NCBI GenBank assembly: GCA_963729715.1
Contig: CAVSPA010000006.1
Location: forward strand, 384,001-448,000
From: an uncultured delta proteobacterium
GTDB lineage: Bacteria > Desulfobacterota > Syntrophia > Syntrophales > UBA2185
Length of the DNA: 64,000 nt
Direction of reading: 5' to 3'
Shown: one piece after another, positions 9,746-19,417 of the stretch
Layout: each line of letters starts with the position of its first letter
Numbering within the stretch: the stretch's first letter is position 1
Program-made: the position numbers and the translations under genes
The notes under the pieces: generated by a model
The model's input: the letters and a program-made list of their open reading frames with translations, nothing else
What the model was told of the DNA's origin: nothing
Database searches by the model: none

Positions 9746-11074
9746 TCACTCCTCCGTTGACCTACTTTTTTTCCTGAATATAACCCTGATCGGCGATTGA
9801 TCAAACCCGAATGCTTCTCTGATCCGGTTGGTCAGGTAACGCCTGTACGAAAAATGAATGGCGCGTGGTTCACGGACAAAAAAAACAAATGTGGGAGGGG
9901 CCGAAGATACCTGGGTTACATAACTGAAAGTATTTGCCCTGTTTTGATGACGGGCGGGAGGGTTTGATGCGAGTACTTCCCTGACAAGTCGATTAATCTC
10001 GCCAGTACTTACCCGTTTTGTGTACTGGATCAAGACAGCCTCAATAACGTCAAATATCTGAGACACCCTCTGCCCGGTGAGGGCTGACACAAAGATGATC
10101 GGTGCATAATCCATGAACTTAATCGTCTCTTTGATGTCTCTGACATAATTTCCCACCGTAGAGTTGTCTTTATCTATTGCGTCCCACTTGTTCACAACGA
10201 TGATGCAGGCAATCCCTTTTTCTGCGGTCAGCCCGGCGATCTTGGCATCCTGTTCGGTCATTCCCTCCTCTGCATCGATGACGAGCAATGCTATATCGCA
10301 GCGGTCTATCGCCTTAAGGGCCTGGACAATGCTGTATTTTTCAAGGACGTGACTGACCCTGCTTTTTCGCCTGATGCCTGCGGTGTCAACGAGCAAATAT
10401 TTTTTGCCGTTCAATTCGAAGGGCGTATCTATGGCATCTCTCGTAGTGCCCGGTATGGGGTTGACGATAGTTCTTTCATATCCAAGGATTTTATTAACGA
10501 GCGAGGATTTTCCAACATTCGGTTTCCCGATCACTGCTATCTTGATCCGCTTTTCCCCCGCGGGGAATTCGTCAGTGGGGGACGCAAGATGCAAAGCCAC
10601 ATCCTCCATGAGTTCATGAATACCGAGTCCGTGCTGCGCGGAGATGCCGTAAAGTTCTTCAATTCCCAGTTCATAAAACTCATAGGTCTGGGTATCCTGC
10701 TTAGGGCCATCTATTTTATTGACGACAAAGAAAACCGGTCTTTCAACCCCCCTGAGGATATCCATGATTTCCCTGTCCGACGGGGTCAAACCTTCCCTGC
10801 CGTCCATGAGGAAAATAATGACGTCTGCCTCTTCCATGGCCAGCTGTGCCTGCTCTCTCATCTGTACCAGGATTGTTTCCGCGGATGCCGGCTCAAATCC
10901 GCCGGTGTCGATAAGGATAAAATCCTTGCCATACCACGCGGCATCAGCATAGTTCCGGTCTCTCGTGGCGCCGGGTTCATCGATGACGATGGCCTTGTTT
11001 TTCTGAGACAGGCGATTGAAAAGCGTCGATTTTCCTACGTTGGGTCTGCCGATGACAGCGATTACCGGTTTCAC
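9746..11074 (-). CDS. der: Ribosome biogenesis GTPase Der (EngA)
   Basis: Two GTPase domains: GRPNVGKS/DTGG/NKID and GKPNVGKS/DTAG/NKWD. Confidence 0.97.
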   Translation of the reverse strand: MKPVIAVIGRPNVGKSTLFNRLSQKNKAIVIDEPGATRDRNYADAAWYGKDFILIDTGGFEPASAETILVQMREQAQLAMEEADVIIFLMDGREGLTPSDREIMDILRGVERPVFFVVNKIDGPKQDTQTYEFYELGIEELYGISAQHGLGIHELMEDVALHLASPTDEFPAGEKRIKIAVIGKPNVGKSSLVNKILGYERTIVNPIPGTTRDAIDTPFELNGKKYLLVDTAGIRRKSRVSHVLEKYSIVQALKAIDRCDIALLVIDAEEGMTEQDAKIAGLTAEKGIACIIVVNKWDAIDKDNSTVGNYVRDIKETIKFMDYAPIIFVSALTGQRVSQIFDVIEAVLIQYTKRVSTGEINRLVREVLASNPPARHQNRANTFSYVTQVSSAPPTFVFFVREPRAIHFSYRRYLTNRIREAFGFDQSPIRVIFRKKSRSTEE

Positions 11075-11101
11075 CTGACCTTTACCTCAGCCTTACCATT
11101 T

Positions 11102-12001
11102 TCATGTTTTTTCTGCATATCCGAATTCTCTGAGCATCCCCGCATCATGGGTCCAATCCTTTCTCACCCTGACGAACAACTCTAGGTAAATCCTAACAGC
11201 AAAGAATTTTTCCATGTCCTGTCTTGCCCGTTTGCCGATTTCTTTAAGCATGGAGCCTTTCTTGCCTATGAGTATGCCTTTCTGAGAATTCTTCGCCACA
11301 TTGATTGTTGCCTGGATGACGAGCAGATTTTTGTCTTCATGTTCTTTGAACGAATCCACAACAACGGCCGTTGCATAAGGTATTTCCTGATGGGTCAGCA
11401 TGATAATCTTTTCCCTGATGATCTCCGCCGCGATAAAACGCTCGGTCCTGTCTGTCATCATATCATCGGGGAAGTACCGCGGGCCTTCGGGCAGAAGCCT
11501 CCATATTTGTTCCATCAGAGCGGAAAGCCCATCACCGGTAAGGGCGGAGATGGGGATAATCTCGGAAAAAGAAAAGAGCTGCTGGAACCGGTCCATAACG
11601 GGGAGGATATTTTGCTTCCGGACAAGGTCGATCTTATTGATAAGCAGTATGACCGGCAGTCTGATGTTCCGGAGGGATTCCATAATGAGCTCATCGTCCC
11701 TGTGAACGCCTTCCGCGGCCTCCACAACCAAAAGGATAATATCAGCGCTTCTGAATGCATCCTTCGCTGCCGTCACCATGAATTCGTTTAACGGTGTCGT
11801 CGCTCTGTGAATGCCCGGCGTGTCGACGAATATCAATTGACCGTTCTCAACATTCTTGATGCCTGTGATCCTGTTTCTCGTAGTCTGCGGCTTATGGCTG
11901 GTTATGGCTATTTTTTCGCCTATAATCTTGTTCAGAAGCGTTGACTTTCCCACATTCGGTCTGCCAATGATGCCTATAAAACCGGACTTGAACATCTGCA
12001 C
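11102..12001 (-). CDS. era: GTPase Era
   Basis: GRPNVGKSTL, KPQTTR, DTPG, KH domain ILIGKKG. Confidence 0.97.
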   Translation of the reverse strand: MQMFKSGFIGIIGRPNVGKSTLLNKIIGEKIAITSHKPQTTRNRITGIKNVENGQLIFVDTPGIHRATTPLNEFMVTAAKDAFRSADIILLVVEAAEGVHRDDELIMESLRNIRLPVILLINKIDLVRKQNILPVMDRFQQLFSFSEIIPISALTGDGLSALMEQIWRLLPEGPRYFPDDMMTDRTERFIAAEIIREKIIMLTHQEIPYATAVVVDSFKEHEDKNLLVIQATINVAKNSQKGILIGKKGSMLKEIGKRARQDMEKFFAVRIYLELFVRVRKDWTHDAGMLREFGYAEKT

Positions 12002-12070
12002 TTTCTCTCTCTGAAGTTAGTCTTTATGCTGCCCATTCGTTGTAAACTACCGTCTCAACCAATGATCCCC

Positions 12071-13120
12071 TTAATGACGGAACCTTTCTGTCATTGATTT
12101 CCTGCCATCGGCGATCATGGCAAGAGTCCCTCTTTCCTGGACAGGGTCAACTGATACGTCTATTTTTGTGAGGCCAAATGTCTCTTTCAGCGTTTGCATG
12201 TTTTTATTCTTGTGGCCGAGGAAACATGAGACGTCTTTGGGAGAGAGCGAAAAAATCACTTCTTGTTTGCCCATCTGTCCGGTGAGCATTTCTGCTGCCT
12301 TATCAAAAAACATGGATTCCTCGACGAGAGAACGAAATGCGGGATGATATGGGCCGGCGATTATGCTGCCCGCCATCTCCATTTCCCGTGTCGTCTGCAA
12401 ACCGACGCGAATCACCGCGATGCTGGCTTCTCCAAATCTTCGCAAAGCATACTTGCACATGTCAATGGCGTGAGGCATGCTGAGCGGCCGATAAGCTCCG
12501 TTCAAGAAGATCTCTGCCAGACGCGTATCCTGGAGTACTAATGTGGGATGAATCCTCACCATATCCGGCTTAAGGGCGATAGTCCGTGCAATTGTATATT
12601 CAAATCCCAACTGACTGTCTCCCGGAAGGCCCGCCATGAGGTGTATCCCCGTCTGGAAGCCTCGATCCTTCAGCATCTCCATGGCCGCAGAAACATCCGA
12701 CGCTCTATGCCCCCTGTTGGAAAGTTGGAGCACTTCATCCACCATGGATTGCGCTCCGATTTCAACAGTCGCTACACCGAATCGCTTCATTAGATCCAGG
12801 CTTTCGTTATCTATGCTGTCCGGTCTTGTAGAGATCCTCACGCCATGTACCAATCCCTTTTCTATGAATGGACTGGCAAAACCGAGCAATTCGGTCTGGT
12901 AGTCTTTTGCCATGCCTGTAAAATTGCCGCCATAAAATGCGACCTCAGCGCCATTTCCCTTTCTTTTTGGGTGATTGAGATATTTGTGAACTGTTCTCCG
13001 GAAAGTATCTTCGGTAATCTTCTCTGAGGAATCTCCCGCAGTCTTGTGAATGTTGCAGTAGATGCAGCGGTTCGGACAACCTTGATAAACGATAAAGAAA
13101 GGAATAATCATTTGTGCCAT
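12071..13120 (-). CDS. Elp3/YhcC-like radical SAM protein
   Basis: CPNRCIYC (CX3CX2C), FYGGNFT, ISTRPD, EIGAQS, AGPYHPAF. Confidence 0.85.
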   Translation of the reverse strand: MAQMIIPFFIVYQGCPNRCIYCNIHKTAGDSSEKITEDTFRRTVHKYLNHPKRKGNGAEVAFYGGNFTGMAKDYQTELLGFASPFIEKGLVHGVRISTRPDSIDNESLDLMKRFGVATVEIGAQSMVDEVLQLSNRGHRASDVSAAMEMLKDRGFQTGIHLMAGLPGDSQLGFEYTIARTIALKPDMVRIHPTLVLQDTRLAEIFLNGAYRPLSMPHAIDMCKYALRRFGEASIAVIRVGLQTTREMEMAGSIIAGPYHPAFRSLVEESMFFDKAAEMLTGQMGKQEVIFSLSPKDVSCFLGHKNKNMQTLKETFGLTKIDVSVDPVQERGTLAMIADGRKSMTERFRH

Positions 13121-13163
13121 ATTACTATTCAGTCTAACTCGCCATTCAGGGGTGAGGTAGCAC

Positions 13164-13871
13164 CTACAGTTTCGGAAACTCCGCCAATGCCCTCCGGGCC
13201 GCCTGCTGTTCCGCTTCCTTCTTACTTTTGCCCGTGCCCGTGGTCGTGATCATGCCTGCTATATTCAGGCTTATTTCAAAAACTTTATCGTGGTCGGGAC
13301 CAGTTTCATCGATCAGTGTGTATTTCGGCGTTTCTTTAAAACGGCTCTGGCAGATTTCTTGGAGCGCCGTCTTATAATCTCTATAGATGACACTCTTTAT
13401 TCCTTCCTCAACCAGGGGCTCAAAGACATTTTCCAAGAATTCGCATGTTTTTTCAAATCCGCAATCGAGATATATTGCAGCTGTAACCGCTTCGAAGGCA
13501 TTCGAGAGAATGGATGCCTTTGTTCTTCCCCCTGAGCCTTCTTCTCCCCTCCCGAGGAGGAGGTAGTGGCCGATACTAAGCTCCCGGGCAAGACCGGCGA
13601 GTGATTGTTCGTTCACTACATATGCCCTGAGTTTGGAGAGCTGACCCTCGGCATAATCGGGGAAATGTCGCACCAATAAATCGCTGAGGCAAAGCCCGAT
13701 AACAGCATCACCGAGAAATTCGAGCCTCTCATTGTCTTTGCAGGAGAGCGCCGGGTTCTCATTAACAAAAGAGCTGTGTATCAAGGCATTATCAAGCAGA
13801 TCAATCTTACCGAAGCGGTAGCCGAGTGTCTGCTGAAGGTTCTTGAGGTCTGCAAACCTTTCATCGGTCAT
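13164..13871 (-). CDS. rnc: Ribonuclease III
   Basis: NERLEFLGDAV signature and dsRBD (DYKTALQE...GKSKKEAEQ); ATG 13871 overlaps the end of mtaB. Confidence 0.97.
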   Translation of the reverse strand: MTDERFADLKNLQQTLGYRFGKIDLLDNALIHSSFVNENPALSCKDNERLEFLGDAVIGLCLSDLLVRHFPDYAEGQLSKLRAYVVNEQSLAGLARELSIGHYLLLGRGEEGSGGRTKASILSNAFEAVTAAIYLDCGFEKTCEFLENVFEPLVEEGIKSVIYRDYKTALQEICQSRFKETPKYTLIDETGPDHDKVFEISLNIAGMITTTGTGKSKKEAEQQAARRALAEFPKL

Positions 13872-15177
13872 CGGTTGTAATCCTTGCGCACAGTTTGCCA
13901 TCCAGAGAATAATCCGGTATCACGTTTAGGACGCGATTTACCAGTGAAGAGTTCCCATTTTCTATAATGACGGGAATGTAGTTGTCAGAAAATCCTCTCA
14001 AAAGGCCCGTATCTTTGTCTTTCTTATTCTCGACAAGAACACTCAGCTTCTTTCCCACAAACCTACGGGCGAAGGCATCTCTTTTTTCCTTACCGAGTTT
14101 CCTTAGTATATCACCACGTCTCTTCTTGACTCTTTCATCAACCTTGCCGGGGAGACCCGTCGCGACCGTGCCCGGACGCCCTGAATAAGGGAATACATGG
14201 AGGTAGGCAATGGGGAGTTCTGCAATCAGACGGAGCGTGTTGCCAAACTGTTTCTCCTCTTCACCGGGAAACCCGACCATAACGTCAAGACCGAGGGCAA
14301 TATCAGGAATAGCCTGTGTTATTACGTGGAGGCGATTCTTAAAGAAGGCCGAGTCGTAATTCCTCTTCATGGCAGAAAGAATCACGTCATCTCCGCTCTG
14401 GAGAGGAATATGCAGGTGTTTGCATAAAGTGGCCCCTTCTGCTATGAGTTGCATCATGTCATCTGATATTTCCGTGATTTCTATGGAACTCAGACGCAAT
14501 CTTCGAACCAATCTATTCCTATCTACGTGTTTCATTATCTCGTAGAGATTTGATGGGGGCGCCAAGTCCTGGCCGTAGACTCCGAGATGAATGCCAGTGA
14601 GGACTATCTCTCTGTAATCTGATCCGGCAAGAGTTTCAATTTGTTTCAAAACATCCATGTATGCGAGACTCCTGCTATGACCCCTTGCATACGGAACGAT
14701 GCAGTAGCTGCAGAAACTGTTGCAGCCATCCTGGATTTTGAGGAATGCACGGGTGTGGCCGGCGAACCTTAAGGGATTGAGACCGGAAAATTTCCCGGCC
14801 TTGCGGATGTCGCTTACGTGTAATTGAGGGTCTCTTTTTGCGAGGCGCTCCATGAGCCGGGGGATATGATCCTTTTCTGCATTTCCTGCGACGAGAGTTA
14901 CACCGGGAATTCCGGCGAGATCATGAGGTGCAACCTGCGCGTAGCAGCCTGTAACAATAATGCATGCGTCAGGGTTTGTCCTGATCGCTCTTCTGATAAG
15001 GTTTCTTGACTGGTATTCCGTCCGGCCCGTGACAGTGCATGTATTGATTATGTAACAATCAGCCTTCGCATTAAATGGTACAGACACATAGACACTCTTA
15101 TCAAGTATCTCCATGATGCCCGCAGATTCGTACTGGTTAACCTTGCAACCCAAGGTTGATATGGCTACTTTAATCAA
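13861..15177 (-). CDS. mtaB: tRNA t6A37 methylthiotransferase MtaB
   Basis: TLGCKVNQYES, NTCTVT, KIQDGCNSFCSYC, HVFPYS, TRAM-like C-terminus. Confidence 0.93.
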   Translation of the reverse strand: MIKVAISTLGCKVNQYESAGIMEILDKSVYVSVPFNAKADCYIINTCTVTGRTEYQSRNLIRRAIRTNPDACIIVTGCYAQVAPHDLAGIPGVTLVAGNAEKDHIPRLMERLAKRDPQLHVSDIRKAGKFSGLNPLRFAGHTRAFLKIQDGCNSFCSYCIVPYARGHSRSLAYMDVLKQIETLAGSDYREIVLTGIHLGVYGQDLAPPSNLYEIMKHVDRNRLVRRLRLSSIEITEISDDMMQLIAEGATLCKHLHIPLQSGDDVILSAMKRNYDSAFFKNRLHVITQAIPDIALGLDVMVGFPGEEEKQFGNTLRLIAELPIAYLHVFPYSGRPGTVATGLPGKVDERVKKRRGDILRKLGKEKRDAFARRFVGKKLSVLVENKKDKDTGLLRGFSDNYIPVIIENGNSSLVNRVLNVIPDYSLDGKLCARITTDDR

Positions 15178-15208
15178 TTCCGATGCCTCTCTTTATACCG
15201 CGTCGTTG

Positions 15209-15237
15209 AATTTAAGCTTCCGTACACTATTTGTCAA
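15209..15237 (-). promoter_or_regulatory. Putative sigma70 promoter of the mtaB-rnc-era-der operon
   Basis: Minus strand TTGACA-N17-TAAATT. Confidence 0.55.
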
Positions 15238-15309
15238 GGCTAAAGGATTACTGGATTTTTGTCGATAAATAGAATAGATTGAGTCTGTCTTCACGATGGA
15301 GGTTCAACT

Positions 15310-15690
15310 ATGGACAGCTTTATAGATTACATGATTACCCATCAATTTACCGCCGGGGTATGCATCTTTGTTGCCATCGTCATCGTATATTTTCTTTTCA
15401 AGAAACTCATCAAAGTTGCCCTGCTGCTGATTCTGATCATCATAATGTTGACTGGATATGCATACTTCAAGGAGTCCAACAGAATGCCGAAAAGCATACA
15501 TGAGGCCCTGCAGAAGGCCAAGGAAGAAACCCGCATGGTGGTGGAAAAGGGCAGGGGCGTATATGACGATGTGATGTCGATATTCGAAAAGCGCAGAAAA
15601 CCTGTGACTGACTATATTGATAAGATTACGGAACAGGACAAAGAAGCCTACAAGAAGAAAAAGCCCGAACCGTCGGATGAAATTCGCTGA
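15310..15690 (+). CDS. Hypothetical membrane protein (2 TM plus charged tail)
   Basis: GGAGG RBS; two hydrophobic segments. Confidence 0.7.
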   Translation: MDSFIDYMITHQFTAGVCIFVAIVIVYFLFKKLIKVALLLILIIIMLTGYAYFKESNRMPKSIHEALQKAKEETRMVVEKGRGVYDDVMSIFEKRRKPVTDYIDKITEQDKEAYKKKKPEPSDEIR

Positions 15691-15741
15691 ATCGGGAATT
15701 ATAAGGATAGTCAGAGTTACAGCTTCAAAAAGGTATCCCGT

Positions 15742-16152
15742 TCAGAAAATGTTAACCTCCATGGCCCTCGGCGGACAGGCCAATACACAGAATTCACAGC
15801 CATTGCACTTTTCCGGATCGAAGACGACTTTCATAGATTCTTTTTCCATGGAAAGGGCATCAGTTGGGCAGAAAGCAGTACAGGCGCCGCAATGCACACA
15901 TTTGTCCATATTCTGGCTCACATTTTTTGAAACGGGCTCGACCTTTAGACCCCTTTCTTTGAGGAAATGGATACCCTGATCAAAATTTTCTTTCAAACCG
16001 CTTAGCTCAACGACAATGATGCCTTCCCTCCTGGGCAGGATCTGGGCCTTAAGGATGTTGAATTCGAGATCATGTTTTTTCACAAGCTGGCATATTATAG
16101 GCTGGTCCACATTGTCCGCTGCATACCTGATGACTACTTTCTTTTTATACAT
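15742..16152 (-). CDS. NIL domain plus 2x[4Fe-4S] ferredoxin protein
   Basis: NIL-like N-terminus (QPIICQLVKKHDLEFNILKA); CVHCGACTAFCP and CNGCEFCVLACP. Confidence 0.9.
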   Translation of the reverse strand: MYKKKVVIRYAADNVDQPIICQLVKKHDLEFNILKAQILPRREGIIVVELSGLKENFDQGIHFLKERGLKVEPVSKNVSQNMDKCVHCGACTAFCPTDALSMEKESMKVVFDPEKCNGCEFCVLACPPRAMEVNIF

Positions 16153-16183
16153 ACCTTTTCTTTAGACTCCAATCTTTTGACAG

Positions 16184-16212
16184 ATGTTAAGAGAATGCTG
16201 AAATCTTGTCAA
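16184..16212 (-). promoter_or_regulatory. Putative sigma70 promoter of the NIL-ferredoxin gene
   Basis: Minus strand TTGACA-N17-TAACAT. Confidence 0.55.
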
Positions 16213-16254
16213 GGGATTAGTTGCCCGGCGCAATACCCACGTATTTGAAACCGC

Positions 16255-16737
16255 TCATGAAGTTTTTAGAAGATCATCCCAGTTCATGAGGCTGAAAGTC
16301 TTGTGGAGAGAATGGTCATCATCAACGAGATGGTATGTGAGGCTTGCGAAGGCCGTCCGTGCTATATCTCGGACGGCTGAAGGGGAAACCACATCATCAT
16401 CTCTGCCGTGATAAATAACAACAGGGAGCAGGAGCTGCCTGCCGAGGTAAGGCTCAAATTCAAATAGATCGAGGGCAGGCGCCAGGAGAATAAGTTTCTT
16501 GACGCTCTTTTCATTATTGAATGCATACACCGCAGCCATTAATCCGCCATAGCTTGAGCCAACCAATATCAAAGATGTCTTGCCGGAGAGTATTTCATTC
16601 AACTTTTCCATTCTATATTTGAAAGAACCGGCAAAATCTTCAATGATCATTTCGGGGTATTTGTCCCTGAAAAATACGCCCTTCGTTCCCATGCCGGAGC
16701 TTTCCAGCCCGTGGATAAACACTCTTGCCGGCTTCAT
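16255..16737 (-). CDS. Small alpha/beta hydrolase (YqiA/YcfP-like)
   Basis: FIHGLES, GSSYGG nucleophile elbow, HGRDDDVV, DDHSL. Confidence 0.85.
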   Translation of the reverse strand: MKPARVFIHGLESSGMGTKGVFFRDKYPEMIIEDFAGSFKYRMEKLNEILSGKTSLILVGSSYGGLMAAVYAFNNEKSVKKLILLAPALDLFEFEPYLGRQLLLPVVIYHGRDDDVVSPSAVRDIARTAFASLTYHLVDDDHSLHKTFSLMNWDDLLKTS

Positions 16738-16863
16738 GTAAACACCTCTGACCATCATTTCTTCATCTCGATACGGAGCGAAGTGGAGCTGTATCCCAAT
16801 GGCGCTTTTGAATTGATTTCAATATGTCAGTATGTTAGAAATTTCGCAAGAGGAGATTCTGCT

Positions 16864-18108
16864 ATGTCTGTCGTTATTCCCTTTAAGGCGCTAAGGCCGC
16901 ATAGACAATTTGTCCAGGCCGTGGCCTCTTATCCCTATGATGTGGTGAGCGTGGAGGAGGCAAGAGAGATTGTTAAAGACAATCCCCTGAATTTCTTGCA
17001 TGTGGAGAAATCGGAAATCGATCTGCAATCTTCTATAGGTGCAAATGATGAGAGTCAATATGAGATCGCAAAATCAAATCTTGACAAGCTGATTGAGAGG
17101 AACATCCTGTTTCAAGAAAAAGAGGATTGCTTTTATATATACCGGCAGAAAGCCGGTTCCCACGCGCAGTACGGCATAGTTGCTGCGATCAGCCTCGCTG
17201 AATACGAATCGGGCGAGATCAGGAAACATGAGCTTACAAAGGCAGATAAGGAACATGATCGCATTCGGCATGTCATGGCAGTAGATGCCCAGACGGGGCC
17301 GGTATTTGTGACATACAGAGCCCAGGACCCAATCGACCGGATGGTCAAGAAAGTGGTCGAGGATGATCCCGAATATGATTTTATTTCTGATGATGGCATC
17401 AATCATACCGTATGGGTTATAAACGCCGAAAAAAAAATTGCAGCTTTTGAAGAGGCATTTGCTAAGGTGCATACGCTCTACATAGCAGATGGCCACCACC
17501 GGGCTGCCGCAGCGGCAGCGGTGAGGAAGCTGAAGAAAGAAAAAAATCCCGGAATCGGAAGCGAGCAAGCACACGACTATGTGATGGCTGTCCTGTTTCC
17601 GCATAATCAACTCAAGATCATGAGCTATAACCGGGCCGTGACAGATTTAAACGGCCTTGATGAAGCCGAATTCCTTCGTCATGTTCGCGGACAATTTCTT
17701 GTATCCGATAATTTTGCGCCGAAGTCGCCGTCCCAGTGGCATGAAATCGGGATGTATCTACGAGGCAGGTGGTACAGGCTAAATGCGAAGGATGATAGCT
17801 ATCATAAGGATGATCCCATTAAGAGCCTTGATGTTTCGATTCTTCAGGAAAATCTCTTGAAGCCTGTCCTGGGGATCCGGAATCCCCGGGCGGACGAAAG
17901 GATAGAATATATAGGCGGCATAAGAGGGGTGCAAGAGCTCGAGAGGCTGGTCGATTCAAGTGAATTTGCCGTTGCCTTCTCCCTGTATCCGACAAGTATG
18001 GAACAACTAATGGCCGTGTCAGATGCGGGCAAAATCATGCCTCCAAAATCCACCTGGTTTGAACCTAAGCTTCGCAGCGGCATATTTATTCATCTACTTA
18101 CATCATGA
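16864..18108 (+). CDS. DUF1015 family protein
   Basis: PYDVV, IRKHELT, YIADGHHR, MPPKSTWFEPKLRSG; AGGAG RBS before ATG 16864. Confidence 0.9.
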   Translation: MSVVIPFKALRPHRQFVQAVASYPYDVVSVEEAREIVKDNPLNFLHVEKSEIDLQSSIGANDESQYEIAKSNLDKLIERNILFQEKEDCFYIYRQKAGSHAQYGIVAAISLAEYESGEIRKHELTKADKEHDRIRHVMAVDAQTGPVFVTYRAQDPIDRMVKKVVEDDPEYDFISDDGINHTVWVINAEKKIAAFEEAFAKVHTLYIADGHHRAAAAAAVRKLKKEKNPGIGSEQAHDYVMAVLFPHNQLKIMSYNRAVTDLNGLDEAEFLRHVRGQFLVSDNFAPKSPSQWHEIGMYLRGRWYRLNAKDDSYHKDDPIKSLDVSILQENLLKPVLGIRNPRADERIEYIGGIRGVQELERLVDSSEFAVAFSLYPTSMEQLMAVSDAGKIMPPKSTWFEPKLRSGIFIHLLTS

Positions 18109-18893
18109 AAAAGAATGTTCCACGCCTGTCAATGTTAAGAAGAAAGGGAGAAACCGTCGATGAACTTCTTGGCAGACGGGTGAAGATATTTCAAAAAGAG
18201 AAGGGGTACCGCTTTTCTGTTGATGCGCTTCTCTTAGCTCATTTTGTCCGTGTGAAAAAAGGAGATCTGATTGCCGATCTCGGAACCGGCAGTGGCGTGA
18301 TTGCCATCATCGTGGCGCAGAGAGAAGAATGCGATAAAGTCGTAGCCGTTGATATTCAGGAAGAACTCGTTGACATGGCAAGAAGAAGCGTCATACTGAA
18401 TGATCTTCAGGAGAAGGTTAATATCTGCCATGGGGATGTCAGAAAAATCGAGACCTTCTTTAAAGCGGGATCTTTTGACGTCTCAATCTTCAATCCTCCT
18501 TATAGAAAATTAAGTTCCGGAAAACTAAATCCCAATGCCGAGAAGTCCGTGGCGCGGCACGAGATCAAAGGATCGCTGCACGATTTTCTGAAAGCGTCGG
18601 TGTATCTTTTAAAAAAATCAGGACGTGTCGATATCATATATCCTGCGATGAAGATGGTCGGGCTTCTCTCTTCCATGAGAACGGCCGGTATGGAGCCCAA
18701 GAGACTGCAAATAGTGCATTCATATGCCGCGTCCCGCGGGGAGTTTGTCTTGGTGGAGGGGGTAAAAAATGGGCGGGAGGAGTTGGAAGTCTTACCGCCT
18801 CTGGCAGTATATTCCGAGGCTGGCCGATATACGGAAGCGATGAATGCCGTCTTTAGAGAGCTTTCCTGTTTCCCGAAAGCCCCCGCCGAATGA
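18105..18893 (+). CDS. tRNA1(Val) adenine(37)-N6 methyltransferase-like (TrmN6/YfiC family)
   Basis: GYRFSVDALLL, DLGTGSG, NPPY, ARHE. Confidence 0.88.
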   Translation: MKKNVPRLSMLRRKGETVDELLGRRVKIFQKEKGYRFSVDALLLAHFVRVKKGDLIADLGTGSGVIAIIVAQREECDKVVAVDIQEELVDMARRSVILNDLQEKVNICHGDVRKIETFFKAGSFDVSIFNPPYRKLSSGKLNPNAEKSVARHEIKGSLHDFLKASVYLLKKSGRVDIIYPAMKMVGLLSSMRTAGMEPKRLQIVHSYAASRGEFVLVEGVKNGREELEVLPPLAVYSEAGRYTEAMNAVFRELSCFPKAPAE

Positions 18894-19359
18894 TATTTTT
18901 CGTCATCACCCTTCTTAGGATTTCCTTCAATTCCGGGTCTGCAACAGAAGAAATGCTTTTCTCGATCAGTTTCTTGTCCTTATCCTTGAGGGGGTAGGAG
19001 TCAGCTGAAAATGATGAGCCATATTGATGCGTGGGCATAGTCGATGGGATCTCACCGATGGAAAAGTGGATATTTTTTATCAAATCCTTTCCGATGATCT
19101 CGTCGATCTTTTCGATAATATCCTGCTTAAGGATATGAAGCTGGTGCATCCACACTGAAGAAGAAACCTTGACGAAAAGGGTATTTCTCTTGAACTTGTC
19201 GGGGCGGGTCTGGACTGAAATCTGTGGCCCTACAGCTTTTTGCCAGACTTCGAGCAGGTGCTGTGCCTCAGAGTCAAAGTAAATATTATGCTTTTTCAGT
19301 ACACCCGCAAGGACATTGCCGAGCCTTTGCAGATTTGCTTGTTTGCTCTTCCTACGCAT
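18853..19359 (-). CDS. dciA: DciA / DUF721 family protein
   Basis: W..AVGPQI...TRP......LFVKVSSSVWMHQL pattern. Confidence 0.75.
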   Translation of the reverse strand: MRRKSKQANLQRLGNVLAGVLKKHNIYFDSEAQHLLEVWQKAVGPQISVQTRPDKFKRNTLFVKVSSSVWMHQLHILKQDIIEKIDEIIGKDLIKNIHFSIGEIPSTMPTHQYGSSFSADSYPLKDKDKKLIEKSISSVADPELKEILRRVMTKNIIRRGLSGNRKAL

Positions 19360-19417
19360 AACTTATAATCGCATGGTCCCATGACGGGGGTCATGAATGC
19401 ATAGCTTCATCCAAGAC

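Noticed and set aside
10349..11185. 278-aa plus-strand ORF
   Set aside because: Antisense shadow of der/era with no recognisable motifs
16711..16863. N-terminal extension of the DUF1015 ORF
   Set aside because: Overlaps the divergent hydrolase start; the RBS and family start point to ATG 16864
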